Shown here: positions 1-8,794 of the stretch, piece by piece
Layout of the letters: every line of letters begins with the position of its first letter
Position numbering within the stretch: position 1 is the stretch's first letter
Source of the DNA: Candidatus Aenigmatarchaeota archaeon
GTDB lineage: Archaea; Aenigmatarchaeota; Aenigmatarchaeia; CG10238-14; SpSt-28
Direction of reading: 5' to 3'
Length of the DNA: 64,000 bases
Assembly: GCA_038997165.1 (NCBI GenBank)
Contig: JAWBAK010000002.1
Span: 21,542-85,541 of the forward strand
Notes under the pieces: generated by a model
What the model was told of the DNA's origin: nothing
Seen by the model: only the letters and a program-made list of their open reading frames with translations
Database searches by the model: none
Position numbers and translations under genes: made by a program

Positions 1-1458
1 ATAGAAACTTATAATTTAAGTGTTTATGAATTAAACTTTTCTATACAAATACCTAAAAATTACACCAAAGTTAATGATATATTAAGTATTTTTATTTTTG
101 TTAATAGAACAAATGGAATTTCTGAAGAAATAATAAATAACATAACTTCTATATTTCTTTTAACACAAAATGCTAAAATAAAAAATTATAGATATGATAA
201 ATCATTACAAAAAATAGAAATTAACATTTCTTTTTCTAATCCATTTTTTGGAGATATAACTTTAAAAATTGAAGACGAATTAGGAATAGAAAGTAATATA
301 ACTATTAGAAATCTTACAGCATATCATTATGAAATTGAAATTTCTTATCCAGAAACAGTATTCGTAGATATGGTATTTGCAGTAAAGGCTAGTTCTAAAT
401 TATTGCCCTCAAATATAAATATTCAAGCAAATTATACTATAGAGTATAGTGGAACGTGTTCTTTAGTTTCATCGAAAAATATTTTAAATACTAAAGAGGC
501 ATCTTTCATATTTAATGCAACTGATATTGGTGAGTGTAGTATTAATATTAATTCAAACGCTACTTATTTAGATCTATTTTTTGAAAGTTATGGTCAAGCA
601 AAAATTTCTATTTTATCTCCTCCTAAAAAAACAGAACCAATAGAACTTCCTCAAATTCAACAATTAGCATTACTTATAAGAAAAGCTTCGGATATAATTG
701 AAATAAAGGAAAATTCCTGGAACACAACTGTAATTTTTGTAAAAAGTATTGGTAGGAATATGAATGTTTCAGCAAAAATATTAAATTATCCAGAACATTT
801 AGTTCAAATAATTCCTCCTAAACAATTAATCGAAGCTGATAAAGAAGGAATATTTTTGTTTAACATTTCTTTAGATAAAAATGAGACAAGAGAAGAATTT
901 AACATAACTATTTTGTTTAATGGAAGTTTTATTACTAATAAAACTGATTTAAAGATTAAAGTTTTACGATTAAAGATAGAGGACAAAAAAATAGAATTAG
1001 AAAACGAAATTAGAGAATTGGAGAACGAAATTTCTGAATTAGAAAACAAAATAATAGAATTAAACCAAAGAGAATTATTAGACGAAATTTTAAATATAAA
1101 AAATTTGTTAGATTTAGCAAAAGAAGAGTTAAATAAAGGAAATATAGCAAAAGTAATGGAAATTATTAACGATATAAAAAATTCAATAAACTATATAAAA
1201 AATTCAATAAACTATGTTAAGAATAAGTTAAATGAACAGCAAACAAAAGTAATGGAAAAACCAAACAATTTTACATTTTTATTAATAATTTTATTAATTA
1301 TTGCTGGAATTTCTGCAATAATTTTTGTATTATTTATATATCCAAAACTTAAATTTAAAAAACCATATTATGATATTAAAAAACAAAAATTTGTTTGGAC
1401 AAAAGAAGATGAATCTGTTTGGGAAAAGCTGAAAGAAAAATGGAGGAAAAAACAATAA
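1..1458 (+). CDS. Membrane-anchored surface glycoprotein, 5'-truncated by the window edge
   Basis: Frame 1 is open from base 1, so the ORF-track start at 370 is internal. Many N-x-S/T sequons, a coiled coil, a C-terminal TM helix (FTFLLIILLIIAGISAIIFVLFIY) and a basic tail. Confidence 0.75.
   Translation: METYNLSVYELNFSIQIPKNYTKVNDILSIFIFVNRTNGISEEIINNITSIFLLTQNAKIKNYRYDKSLQKIEINISFSNPFFGDITLKIEDELGIESNITIRNLTAYHYEIEISYPETVFVDMVFAVKASSKLLPSNINIQANYTIEYSGTCSLVSSKNILNTKEASFIFNATDIGECSININSNATYLDLFFESYGQAKISILSPPKKTEPIELPQIQQLALLIRKASDIIEIKENSWNTTVIFVKSIGRNMNVSAKILNYPEHLVQIIPPKQLIEADKEGIFLFNISLDKNETREEFNITILFNGSFITNKTDLKIKVLRLKIEDKKIELENEIRELENEISELENKIIELNQRELLDEILNIKNLLDLAKEELNKGNIAKVMEIINDIKNSINYIKNSINYVKNKLNEQQTKVMEKPNNFTFLLIILLIIAGISAIIFVLFIYPKLKFKKPYYDIKKQKFVWTKEDESVWEKLKEKWRKKQ
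1174..1215 (+). repeat. Perfect 21-bp tandem duplication (IKNSINY x2, one coiled-coil heptad)
   Basis: ATAAAAAATTCAATAAACTAT at 1174-1194 and 1195-1215. Confidence 0.9.
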
Positions 1459-2333
1459 TTTATAAAAATGGAATTTCGATAAATCAAAAATATTTGCTTG
1501 ATCCTTTGGTTGCAGATTTAATTTCTTTTGTATCCCATGCTCATATAGATCATGCTCCATATTTAGTTGTAAAAAAACCTTTTGCAACAGAAGAAACAAT
1601 AGATTTAATTCAAGTTAGAGATAAAAATTTTATTGGAGAGAAAGTCAAATATAATAAAAAATATAATATTGATAATATAAGTTTTGAATTTTTTGATTCT
1701 AAACATATTTTGGGTTCTGCAATGATTTATTTAGAATTAGATGGAAATTCTATATTATATACAGGCGATTTAAGAACAATAGAATTTAATAAAGATGTAG
1801 ATATTCTTATAATAGAATCAACATTTGGAAGTAAAGAATATATTTTTCCAAATAGAGAAGAAGAAATAGAAAGACTAATAAAATTTATTAGAGAAAAAGT
1901 AGATATTCTAAATAAAAAAGTAGAAATAGGAGCTTATCCGCTAGGTAAAGCTCAAGAAATAATAAAAATTTTAAACGATTATGGATATATTCCTTCAGCT
2001 ACAAAAACAATTGAAAAATTTAATGAAATTTATAGAAAATATAAAATAAAATTAAAAACTTCTAAAAATTCACAAATTTTAATTAGATCAATGAATGAAG
2101 TTATAAACAATCCATTAGAAGGTTATTATCATGCTTTTTGTAGTGGATGGGCATTAGTAAGAAAATTTGAAAATATAGAAGGTTTTGTTATTTCTGATCA
2201 TTTAGATTTTAATGGATTAATAGAATTTGTAAAAAATATTAATCCAAAAAAAATTTATACTGTTCATGGATTTTCAGAAATATTTGCTAATGAATTAAGA
2301 AAGATGGGATTTAATGCACAACCCCTAATTTAA
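1440..2333 (+). CDS. MBL-fold metallo-hydrolase / beta-CASP-like nuclease
   Basis: SHAHIDH, HILGSA, YTGD, ESTFG, SDHLD and TVHG motifs. ATG at 1440 preferred over TTG at 1419. Confidence 0.85.
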   Translation: MEEKTIIYKNGISINQKYLLDPLVADLISFVSHAHIDHAPYLVVKKPFATEETIDLIQVRDKNFIGEKVKYNKKYNIDNISFEFFDSKHILGSAMIYLELDGNSILYTGDLRTIEFNKDVDILIIESTFGSKEYIFPNREEEIERLIKFIREKVDILNKKVEIGAYPLGKAQEIIKILNDYGYIPSATKTIEKFNEIYRKYKIKLKTSKNSQILIRSMNEVINNPLEGYYHAFCSGWALVRKFENIEGFVISDHLDFNGLIEFVKNINPKKIYTVHGFSEIFANELRKMGFNAQPLI

Positions 2334-2836
2334 GGTAAAAATTTTTTTCTCCATTTTTCTTTTAATTTTTCAAATTTTTTCTCTTCTTCATTTTCTTTTT
2401 CTATTTTATTTTCTTCTTTTTTTTCTTTAATTTCAACTTTTATTGCTAAGAGTTTTTGCCATATTTGATTTAGTTCAGCTTCACTTATTTCATTGGGTTT
2501 GTTTTGAATAATTGGAATATCTTCGTTGCTATAAATAGGATAAATTCTTATATTAAAATGTTTTAATGGAGATCTTATAATTGCTATTTGTACATCTATA
2601 GCATTCAGAACATCTTTAATACCTTTTGCTAATTCTAATGATTTTTTAAGACAATGATAAGAAGTTTCTAAATCAAAATCAAAGGTTTCATAATGAAATC
2701 TTGGAACCAATATTACCATACCTTTTGTTACTGGTCTAATATCTAAAAAAGCCACACATTTTTCATCTTCGTATATAATATAGCTAGGAATTTCCTTTTT
2801 TACTATTTTACAAAAAATACATTCTTGAACTTCCAT
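2330..2836 (-). CDS. HIT-family protein with a degenerate histidine triad
   Basis: CIFCKIV...YED...AFLDIRP N-terminus. The triad position reads HFNIR instead of HxHxH. Confidence 0.8.
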   Translation of the reverse strand: MEVQECIFCKIVKKEIPSYIIYEDEKCVAFLDIRPVTKGMVILVPRFHYETFDFDLETSYHCLKKSLELAKGIKDVLNAIDVQIAIIRSPLKHFNIRIYPIYSNEDIPIIQNKPNEISEAELNQIWQKLLAIKVEIKEKKEENKIEKENEEEKKFEKLKEKWRKKFLP

Positions 2837-3401
2837 ATAAATTATAAATTAAATTACTGTAAATTTTGTTAGCAACATACTTTCCAATTGTTCTTGCTTC
2901 TTTTTCTTCTTCCGAATTGAAATAATCAAAAAAATTTTTAAATTGATGGCTACTTCTTTTTATTTTTCCTTTTAAATCTTGAATATAGTGAGTTAGTTCA
3001 TGAGCTATTGTTTCTATTAATTTTTTTGGATATTTGAATAGCCATTTTGGTATATAAATTGCAGCATCATAAATTCTTCCATAAAAATCTTTTACGCTTC
3101 TGTACATTCCCAAAACAATTGCATTATTATATAAAGAAGGTAAATTATCTACTACATAAATTTTAACTCTGTTTAAATATTCTCTTGGAATATTGAATAT
3201 TTTGGTAATTTCTTTTTTAATTTGGGAGTATAATGTTTCATACGAAGTATTTATTTCAGAAAAAGAATTATTTAAATTTAAATAAGAATAATTTGAAGGT
3301 AAGGAGATAAAATAAAGATTTCTATTTAAATTTTTTACGAAATTATTATAAAGCTTATATAATTTTTCCATTAGTTCTTTGAAAAATTCTTTTTCTCTCA
3401 T
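2808..3401 (-). CDS. Putative zincin-like metallopeptidase
   Basis: TIAHELTHYIQ plus a downstream EEEKEAR third-ligand motif. Confidence 0.6.
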   Translation of the reverse strand: MREKEFFKELMEKLYKLYNNFVKNLNRNLYFISLPSNYSYLNLNNSFSEINTSYETLYSQIKKEITKIFNIPREYLNRVKIYVVDNLPSLYNNAIVLGMYRSVKDFYGRIYDAAIYIPKWLFKYPKKLIETIAHELTHYIQDLKGKIKRSSHQFKNFFDYFNSEEEKEARTIGKYVANKIYSNLIYNLYGSSRMYFL

Positions 3402-3439
3402 AAATTAAAAATATATATTAATTTTGAATTAATTAATTT

Positions 3440-3904
3440 ATGAAATCAAAAGCTCAAGCAGCTTTAGAGTTTTTAATGACATATGGTTGGGCAATATTGC
3501 TAGTAATAGTAGTAGTAGGAGCACTTTATGCAACAGGGATGCTTAAGCCATGTAGATGGGTAGGATTACAAGCAAAGGAATTTCCACTAAGTGAGGTAAG
3601 AGTAGTACCAATAAGATTAACAAAAAATGATTTAGTATTTGAAGTTTATTATCAACAAGCAGGTAATGCTGAATATGTAAGTGTTTCAATTTCAGGAACA
3701 GCAGATGGAAAATCTGTAACTATAGGTAATATAACAAATACTACCTATTCATTTAGTTCCACAAGCCCAGTAACAATTACAGTATCTCTTTCAGAATTAA
3801 GTGGTGGAGAATGTGCGGATTTTGATATAACAATAGAATATATAAAACCAGGAGCAACAGCAACGAGCAAAGTTAGTGGAAAAATAACAGGACCTGTAAG
3901 TTAA
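3440..3904 (+). CDS. Archaeal type IV pilin with class III signal peptide
   Basis: MKSKA/QAALEFLMTYGWAILLVIVVVGAL, a typical DPANN/euryarchaeal pilin N-terminus. Confidence 0.85.
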   Translation: MKSKAQAALEFLMTYGWAILLVIVVVGALYATGMLKPCRWVGLQAKEFPLSEVRVVPIRLTKNDLVFEVYYQQAGNAEYVSVSISGTADGKSVTIGNITNTTYSFSSTSPVTITVSLSELSGGECADFDITIEYIKPGATATSKVSGKITGPVS

Positions 3905-3925
3905 TTTCCCTAATTTTTTATTTTT

Positions 3926-4087
3926 TTAAATTATAAATCTTAATATTAAAATTAAAATACCAATAAGAACTGAAATAATTATAACTTGCTCAATTTTCAA
4001 TTTAATTTTAGATTCTGGTTCTTCTTCTAAATGAATTAAACCTCCATATCCAGCAGGCATCAAATATTTTTTGGCTTTCTTCACCAT
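3926..4087 (-). CDS. secG: Preprotein translocase subunit Sec61beta (53 aa, not in ORF track)
   Basis: Hand translation MVKKAKKYLMPAGYGGLIHLEEEPESKIKLKIEQVIIISVLIGILILILRFII: the MP..GGLI...E.SKIKL motif plus one TM helix. Confidence 0.85.
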   Translation of the reverse strand: MVKKAKKYLMPAGYGGLIHLEEEPESKIKLKIEQVIIISVLIGILILILRFII

Positions 4088-4112
4088 AATAAAATTAAGA
4101 GAATATCTTTAT

Positions 4113-5390
4113 ATGGAAATAGTAAAAAATTATTATTCTAATGAAAAGATATTAGAATTTTTAGTAGAGTTTGCAAAAGATAGAGAAGTTGTTGCCGTAT
4201 ATAAAGATGGAAAATATGGAAAGAGACCAGATATATTACAATATCCAGCAGATATTATTTCAAAAGTAGAAGAAGGTGCTATTGCCTTTCATTGTACAGC
4301 AGAAAAATGGAAAAACCCAATGCAATTAAGAGCAGGAATGATAAAAAAAGATTACGATGAATTAAGATTATCATGGGACTTAGTCATAGATATAGATATT
4401 AAAGATTTTGAAATAGCAAAATTAGCTACAAAGGTAATAGTGGAATTTTTAAAATCATATCAAATAAAAAATTTATTAGTTAAATTTACTGGCGGAGATA
4501 GTTTTCATATAATTATCCCTTCTCAAAGTTTTCCAGAAAATTTTAATAAATCTCCAATTTCGTTACAATATGAAGAATTGAGTAGAAAAATTATAGAATT
4601 TATTAAACAATCTACAGAAGAAGAACTAAGAAATCTTATTATTGAATTTTTTAATCCTAAGGAGCTATCTCAAAAACTTAATAAATCTTTGGATGAACTT
4701 TTTGAAAATAATGTTTTAAAACCATTTAAATTTATAAATATAGATGTTTTTGGAGTTAGACATTTATTTAGAATGCCATATTCTTTACATGAAAAAACTT
4801 TATTAGTTAGTCTACCAATAAATCCAAAAGAAATAATGAGTTTTAAAAAAAGTGATGCACATCCAGAAAAAGTTATATTTGATGAAAAATTAGTTAGATT
4901 TGAATATAAAAACGATGCAATTTATTTATTAATAGAAGCTATAGAAAGAGTAAAAATAGAAGTAGAAAAAGAAATAGAAGAATTAAAAGAAAAAGTTGAA
5001 GTTGGAAAAAAAAGAAAAATTCCTTTTGAATATTTTCCACCATGCATAAAAACAATTCTTAACGGTTTAGAAGATGGAAGAAATAGAAGCATCTTTGTAT
5101 TAATAACTTTTTTAAGAAATGTAGGTTATTCTTGGGAAGAAATAGAAAAAATATTGCACGAATGGAATGAAAAAAATAGACCTCCATTAAGAGAAGGAAT
5201 AATAAGAACTCAATTTAGATGGCATGTGAGACAAGAAAGAAATTTATTAAGTCCTAATTGTGATCATCCAGTTTTCTATAAAGATTATGGCGTCTGTAAG
5301 CCCGATGAATTTTGTAAGGAAATAAAAAATCCCTTATCTTATGCTTTAAAAAAATTCTTAAAAGATAAAAAAATTAAAAAAGAAGAATAA
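4113..5390 (+). CDS. priSL: Fused DNA primase PriS-PriL (DPANN type)
   Basis: AEP motifs DLVIDID, FTGGDSFH and RMPYSLH, then a C-terminal FPPCI...C...C...C PriL Fe-S-like domain. ATG 4113 chosen because TTG 4071 overlaps secG. Confidence 0.9.
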   Translation: MEIVKNYYSNEKILEFLVEFAKDREVVAVYKDGKYGKRPDILQYPADIISKVEEGAIAFHCTAEKWKNPMQLRAGMIKKDYDELRLSWDLVIDIDIKDFEIAKLATKVIVEFLKSYQIKNLLVKFTGGDSFHIIIPSQSFPENFNKSPISLQYEELSRKIIEFIKQSTEEELRNLIIEFFNPKELSQKLNKSLDELFENNVLKPFKFINIDVFGVRHLFRMPYSLHEKTLLVSLPINPKEIMSFKKSDAHPEKVIFDEKLVRFEYKNDAIYLLIEAIERVKIEVEKEIEELKEKVEVGKKRKIPFEYFPPCIKTILNGLEDGRNRSIFVLITFLRNVGYSWEEIEKILHEWNEKNRPPLREGIIRTQFRWHVRQERNLLSPNCDHPVFYKDYGVCKPDEFCKEIKNPLSYALKKFLKDKKIKKEE

Positions 5391-5391
5391 T

Positions 5392-5541
5392 ATGGAAATT
5401 ATAACTATATATATTCCCAAAAGTATAAATCTAGAAATTTCTATTATAATATTATCTTTAATTATAGCTACGCTATTATTTTTTAAGCTTTTATCTATAA
5501 GGAAAAAATTAAAAATAAGAAAAATTCCAGAACTTCCTTAA
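5392..5541 (+). CDS. Small single-TM protein (49 aa, not in ORF track)
   Basis: MEIITIYIPKSINLEISIIILSLIIATLLFFKLLSIRKKLKIRKIPELP fills the gap between primase and rps19e exactly. Confidence 0.55.
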   Translation: MEIITIYIPKSINLEISIIILSLIIATLLFFKLLSIRKKLKIRKIPELP

Positions 5542-5542
5542 A

Positions 5543-5968
5543 TTATGAAGATTCTTTATAAACTTCATATGCTATTTTATTTAGAAAACTAATTCCTTTA
5601 GGAGTTAATTTTCTTCCTTTTTTTTCTACTTTTTCGACAAGACCAGCTTTTTCTAATTGTTGCAAAATAGTTCTAATAATTTTTCCACTGGCTTTTTTAA
5701 ATTTTTCTCTTTGTCTTTTATGTTGTTTTCTTCTTCCATAGTAAGTTCTTAATCTACTTACTCCAACAGGACCATCTATATATAATCTTCTTAATATACT
5801 AGCAGCTCTAATGTACCAAAAATCTTCTTGCTCTGGAGGCCTTTCGTTAGCACAGGAATTCTTAGCAAATAATGCCCATCTTGGAGGTTTAATTATTTCT
5901 ATCTTTTTTAACTCTTCTTTAACTCTTTCTATTAATTTTTGTGGATCAACGTCGTATACAGTTACCAT
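5543..5968 (-). CDS. rps19e: 30S ribosomal protein S19e
   Basis: MVTVYDV...ERPPEQEDFWYIRAASILR...GPVGVSRLRTYYG. Confidence 0.97.
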   Translation of the reverse strand: MVTVYDVDPQKLIERVKEELKKIEIIKPPRWALFAKNSCANERPPEQEDFWYIRAASILRRLYIDGPVGVSRLRTYYGRRKQHKRQREKFKKASGKIIRTILQQLEKAGLVEKVEKKGRKLTPKGISFLNKIAYEVYKESS

Positions 5969-5999
5969 AAAGAATATTTAAAAAGTTATATAAAAATTT

Positions 6000-6203
6000 A
6001 TGTCGATAGAAGAGATTAAGCAAAAAATAATAGAAATTTTAAAAGTAAAAAATATAATAAGTAAAAAAGAGCTTTTAAACATAATAGAAAATAAAGAAGA
6101 TGTAGAAAAAGCAATTTATGAATTACTATCGAATAATATAATTTTTGAAATTAATATTTTAGGTGGAAATTATTATGGCCTTAAAAATATTAAAAATAAA
6201 TAA
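6000..6203 (+). CDS. Small winged-helix-like protein
   Basis: 67 aa; three helices, then LLSNNIIFE and a beta wing. Confidence 0.5.
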   Translation: MSIEEIKQKIIEILKVKNIISKKELLNIIENKEDVEKAIYELLSNNIIFEINILGGNYYGLKNIKNK

Positions 6204-6363
6204 GGAAAAATTATTATTTATTCTTTTTGTTATTCTTATTTTTTTAATGTTTTTGCTAGATGCTTCAACTACAAAAGTTAACTTATGTAAAATTAATGGA
6301 AATGCTACGAATCAAACTTGTATTGTTCCTCCTATTCAAGTATTTCCATACTTGAAAGAGTGA
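6175..6363 (+). CDS. Small membrane or secreted protein with a Cys pair
   Basis: MALKILKINKEKLLFILFVILIFLMFLL...C...C. ATG at 6175 preferred over GTG at 6163. Confidence 0.5.
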   Translation: MALKILKINKEKLLFILFVILIFLMFLLDASTTKVNLCKINGNATNQTCIVPPIQVFPYLKE

Positions 6364-6486
6364 GTTCTAAGATTTAATTAACTACTTTTAGATAGTTAAT
6401 AAGCCTAATATAATATATTTATTTAGATAAAAGGAAGATAAGAATATTAAAAAATCTATATATCCACTTGGCGCATTTTTATAAAT

Positions 6487-6792
6487 ATGGAGGAAAAAAG
6501 AGAAGAGAAAAAAAGGTCAGACGAATTAGAAAATGTGTTGAAAATACTAATTGTTTTAAAAAAACTAAACGGTTGGATATGGATTAGAGAAATAGCAAGA
6601 AGAGTAAATTTACACCATAAGACAGTTTCTCGCATTTTAGATAAATATTTTAGACCATTCATAGAGGAGCAAAGAATTTTACCTTTTAGAGCTAGACTAG
6701 TGAGATTAAAAGATAATATTGATGAAGAAAAATTTATAGCTTTTTGGAAAATAAAAAAGTTGCAGGAAATATATGAAAAAAGATTTAAATAA
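6487..6792 (+). CDS. Winged-HTH DNA-binding protein
   Basis: WIWIREIARRVNLHHKTVSRILDKY HTH motif. Confidence 0.75.
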   Translation: MEEKREEKKRSDELENVLKILIVLKKLNGWIWIREIARRVNLHHKTVSRILDKYFRPFIEEQRILPFRARLVRLKDNIDEEKFIAFWKIKKLQEIYEKRFK

Positions 6793-6794
6793 TT

Positions 6795-7358
6795 ATGAGT
6801 TTAATTGAGAAGTTTAAAAAGTTTTTTCTTAGAAAGAAAAGTTCCCTAGAAGCTCTTCAACAAAGCGACGAAACTCTAGAAAAAAAGACAAATATAGAAG
6901 AAAATATTTTAGAAAGAAATAATGAATTAGGTTTGATAGATGAAAAATTCTTATATGGATATATTTTAAAAACTCTAAAATCTATTGAAGAAAGTTTAAA
7001 GAGAATAGAGTACAACATGGTAACAAAAGATTGGGCAGCTTTAAATTTATCAGAAAAGAAGGACATTGAAAATTTGTTAAACAAATTAGACGAAAAAATA
7101 GAGAACATAAAATTTATTTTACCATCTGCTTCAAGCGCTTTAAGCAGATCGAGCAGATCAAGTGAAATTATTAAGAAAGCCGTTGAAATAATAAGGGAAA
7201 GAAAAGAAATAAGTTATGAGGATTTAGCTAGGGAATTAGGAATTTCAAATAGTTATTTGAGAGCAATAGCTAGTTTGATAGAGATGAATAATCCAAATAT
7301 AAAAAGAAATATAAGAGATAAGAAAGGATATTTTATATACTTTGAAAAAATAGATTAG
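6795..7358 (+). CDS. Coiled-coil protein with a C-terminal winged-HTH
   Basis: ISYEDLARELGISNSYLRAIASL HTH plus wing, preceded by a coiled coil and an S/R linker. Confidence 0.7.
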   Translation: MSLIEKFKKFFLRKKSSLEALQQSDETLEKKTNIEENILERNNELGLIDEKFLYGYILKTLKSIEESLKRIEYNMVTKDWAALNLSEKKDIENLLNKLDEKIENIKFILPSASSALSRSSRSSEIIKKAVEIIRERKEISYEDLARELGISNSYLRAIASLIEMNNPNIKRNIRDKKGYFIYFEKID

Positions 7359-7625
7359 TAAAATACTTTTAGAATTGCTTAAGCGCTTAAGCAGTTCAAG
7401 CATGTTGACTAGTTACTTTTAAAAATTTAAAAATTAATATATGGTTCGTAAGCCTACGATATTATCTAAATTAATCATGAAATTCTTTAATTTATAATTA
7501 AATGTTTTAATTCTTCAAATAGAAATGCTTTAACTGCTTGAAGCGCTTGAAGCGCTTATAAGCATAAGCAGCAAAAGAAATTTTGAAATATTTCTTCTGC
7601 TTAAGCGCTTAAGCAGATCAAGCAG
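7126..7625. repeat. Palindromic (C)TGCTT-AAGCGCTT-AAGCAG repeat family, 4 clusters
   Basis: Clusters at 7126-7162 (in gene), 7375-7404, 7525-7572 (inverted) and 7596-7625. Perfect palindromes at 7376-7393 and 7596-7617. Confidence 0.9.
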
Positions 7626-7710
7626 TTAATATATTGACAAAATTAAATATAATATCACTAAAAAATAAAATATTTTATTTCTAAATGATAATTATATAAC
7701 TTTTAGAAAT

Positions 7711-8359
7711 TCTCACATTTTATATTATACTTTCATTTATATTTTATAGTTAGTTTTATATCGAGAACTATCTCACATTTATTTTAATATTTGTAAAAGC
7801 TCTTTTTAAACAATTTAGAAGAATTATCTCTCACGTTTATAATGAGAAACTAAACAAATTTAAAATTTAGATTTTTAAGTTCTAAATAGTATTAAACAAA
7901 TTTTATTATTCTATAGTGGCAAACTATCTTTAGTCTTCTCTCACATTTTACAGAAAAATAACTAGTAACTATTTTTAAATAACTATTATTAAACAAATTA
8001 CTTATTCATAGATAGTACTAGAAAAGTCAATTTTTTATCATTATTTATGAATTTAAAACATAAAGTAAAAAATTATATACTCAATTATATATAATTTTTT
8101 GTATAAATTATTAAAAGGTACTAAATAATTTACTTAAAAAATAGTGAAAATATTATAAAAAACAGCATTCCATTATTATTATTCTTCTATAGATTTATTT
8201 AAATTATTTTTAATTTTTTTATATGTATAAACTTTTTATATTTTAAACTTAACTTTAAATCTCTTTAAATATAGCTTTATCGTAAAAATATACCTTTAAA
8301 AATTTATAGCTGGCTCTGTAGACCAGTTATAAATTTTTAGAATTTAAAAAAATGTGAGA
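7711..8359. repeat. TCTCACATTT motif family: 4 direct and 1 inverted copy
   Basis: Copies start at 7711, 7771, 7829 (one mismatch) and 7939; reverse complement AAATGTGAGA at 8350-8359. Confidence 0.85.
8297..8339. repeat. Inverted repeat / hairpin with 17-bp arms and 9-nt loop
   Basis: TAAAAATTTATAGCTGG-ctctgtaga-CCAGTTATAAATTTTTA, one G-T mismatch. Confidence 0.85.
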
Positions 8360-8794
8360 GTTTTTAATTTATTTATTTACTTAATAGTAATTGTTAATAG
8401 ATTTAAAGAATAAATAAAAAATATTCTGAAAATTAGTGAACAAACTTTTTTCTAATATTTGTTAAAATGTTTATTATCCAGATGGCGCATCTATAAGATT
8501 CGAGAATTTTATTTTTTATGTCTTTTGTTTTTTCGAAAATAATAAATATCTTAAAAGATAAAAGATTATAACTATACAAAACAAAAATATATGCTTATTT
8601 CTAAGAAGGAACTTAATAAAAAATTGAAATTAAAAATTTCAAAGTACAAAAATCAGAAATTATATTGCAAACTATCCTTTTTATAAGAATTGCGATATAA
8701 AAGTAAAAAATATTACTAATACTTAAATGTCATATTGGTAAGAGTGAAAAATTAAAAAAAGAAATATATGAAAGATATTTGGTACTTCTTTCTA

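Noticed and set aside
6377..6430. dif-like site
   Set aside because: The short AT-only inverted repeats do not fit the 11-6-11 dif geometry and are expected by chance at this AT content.
7126..8359. CRISPR array
   Set aside because: The repeats are only 10-22 bp, irregularly spaced and in mixed orientation. There are no uniform spacers and no cas genes in the window.
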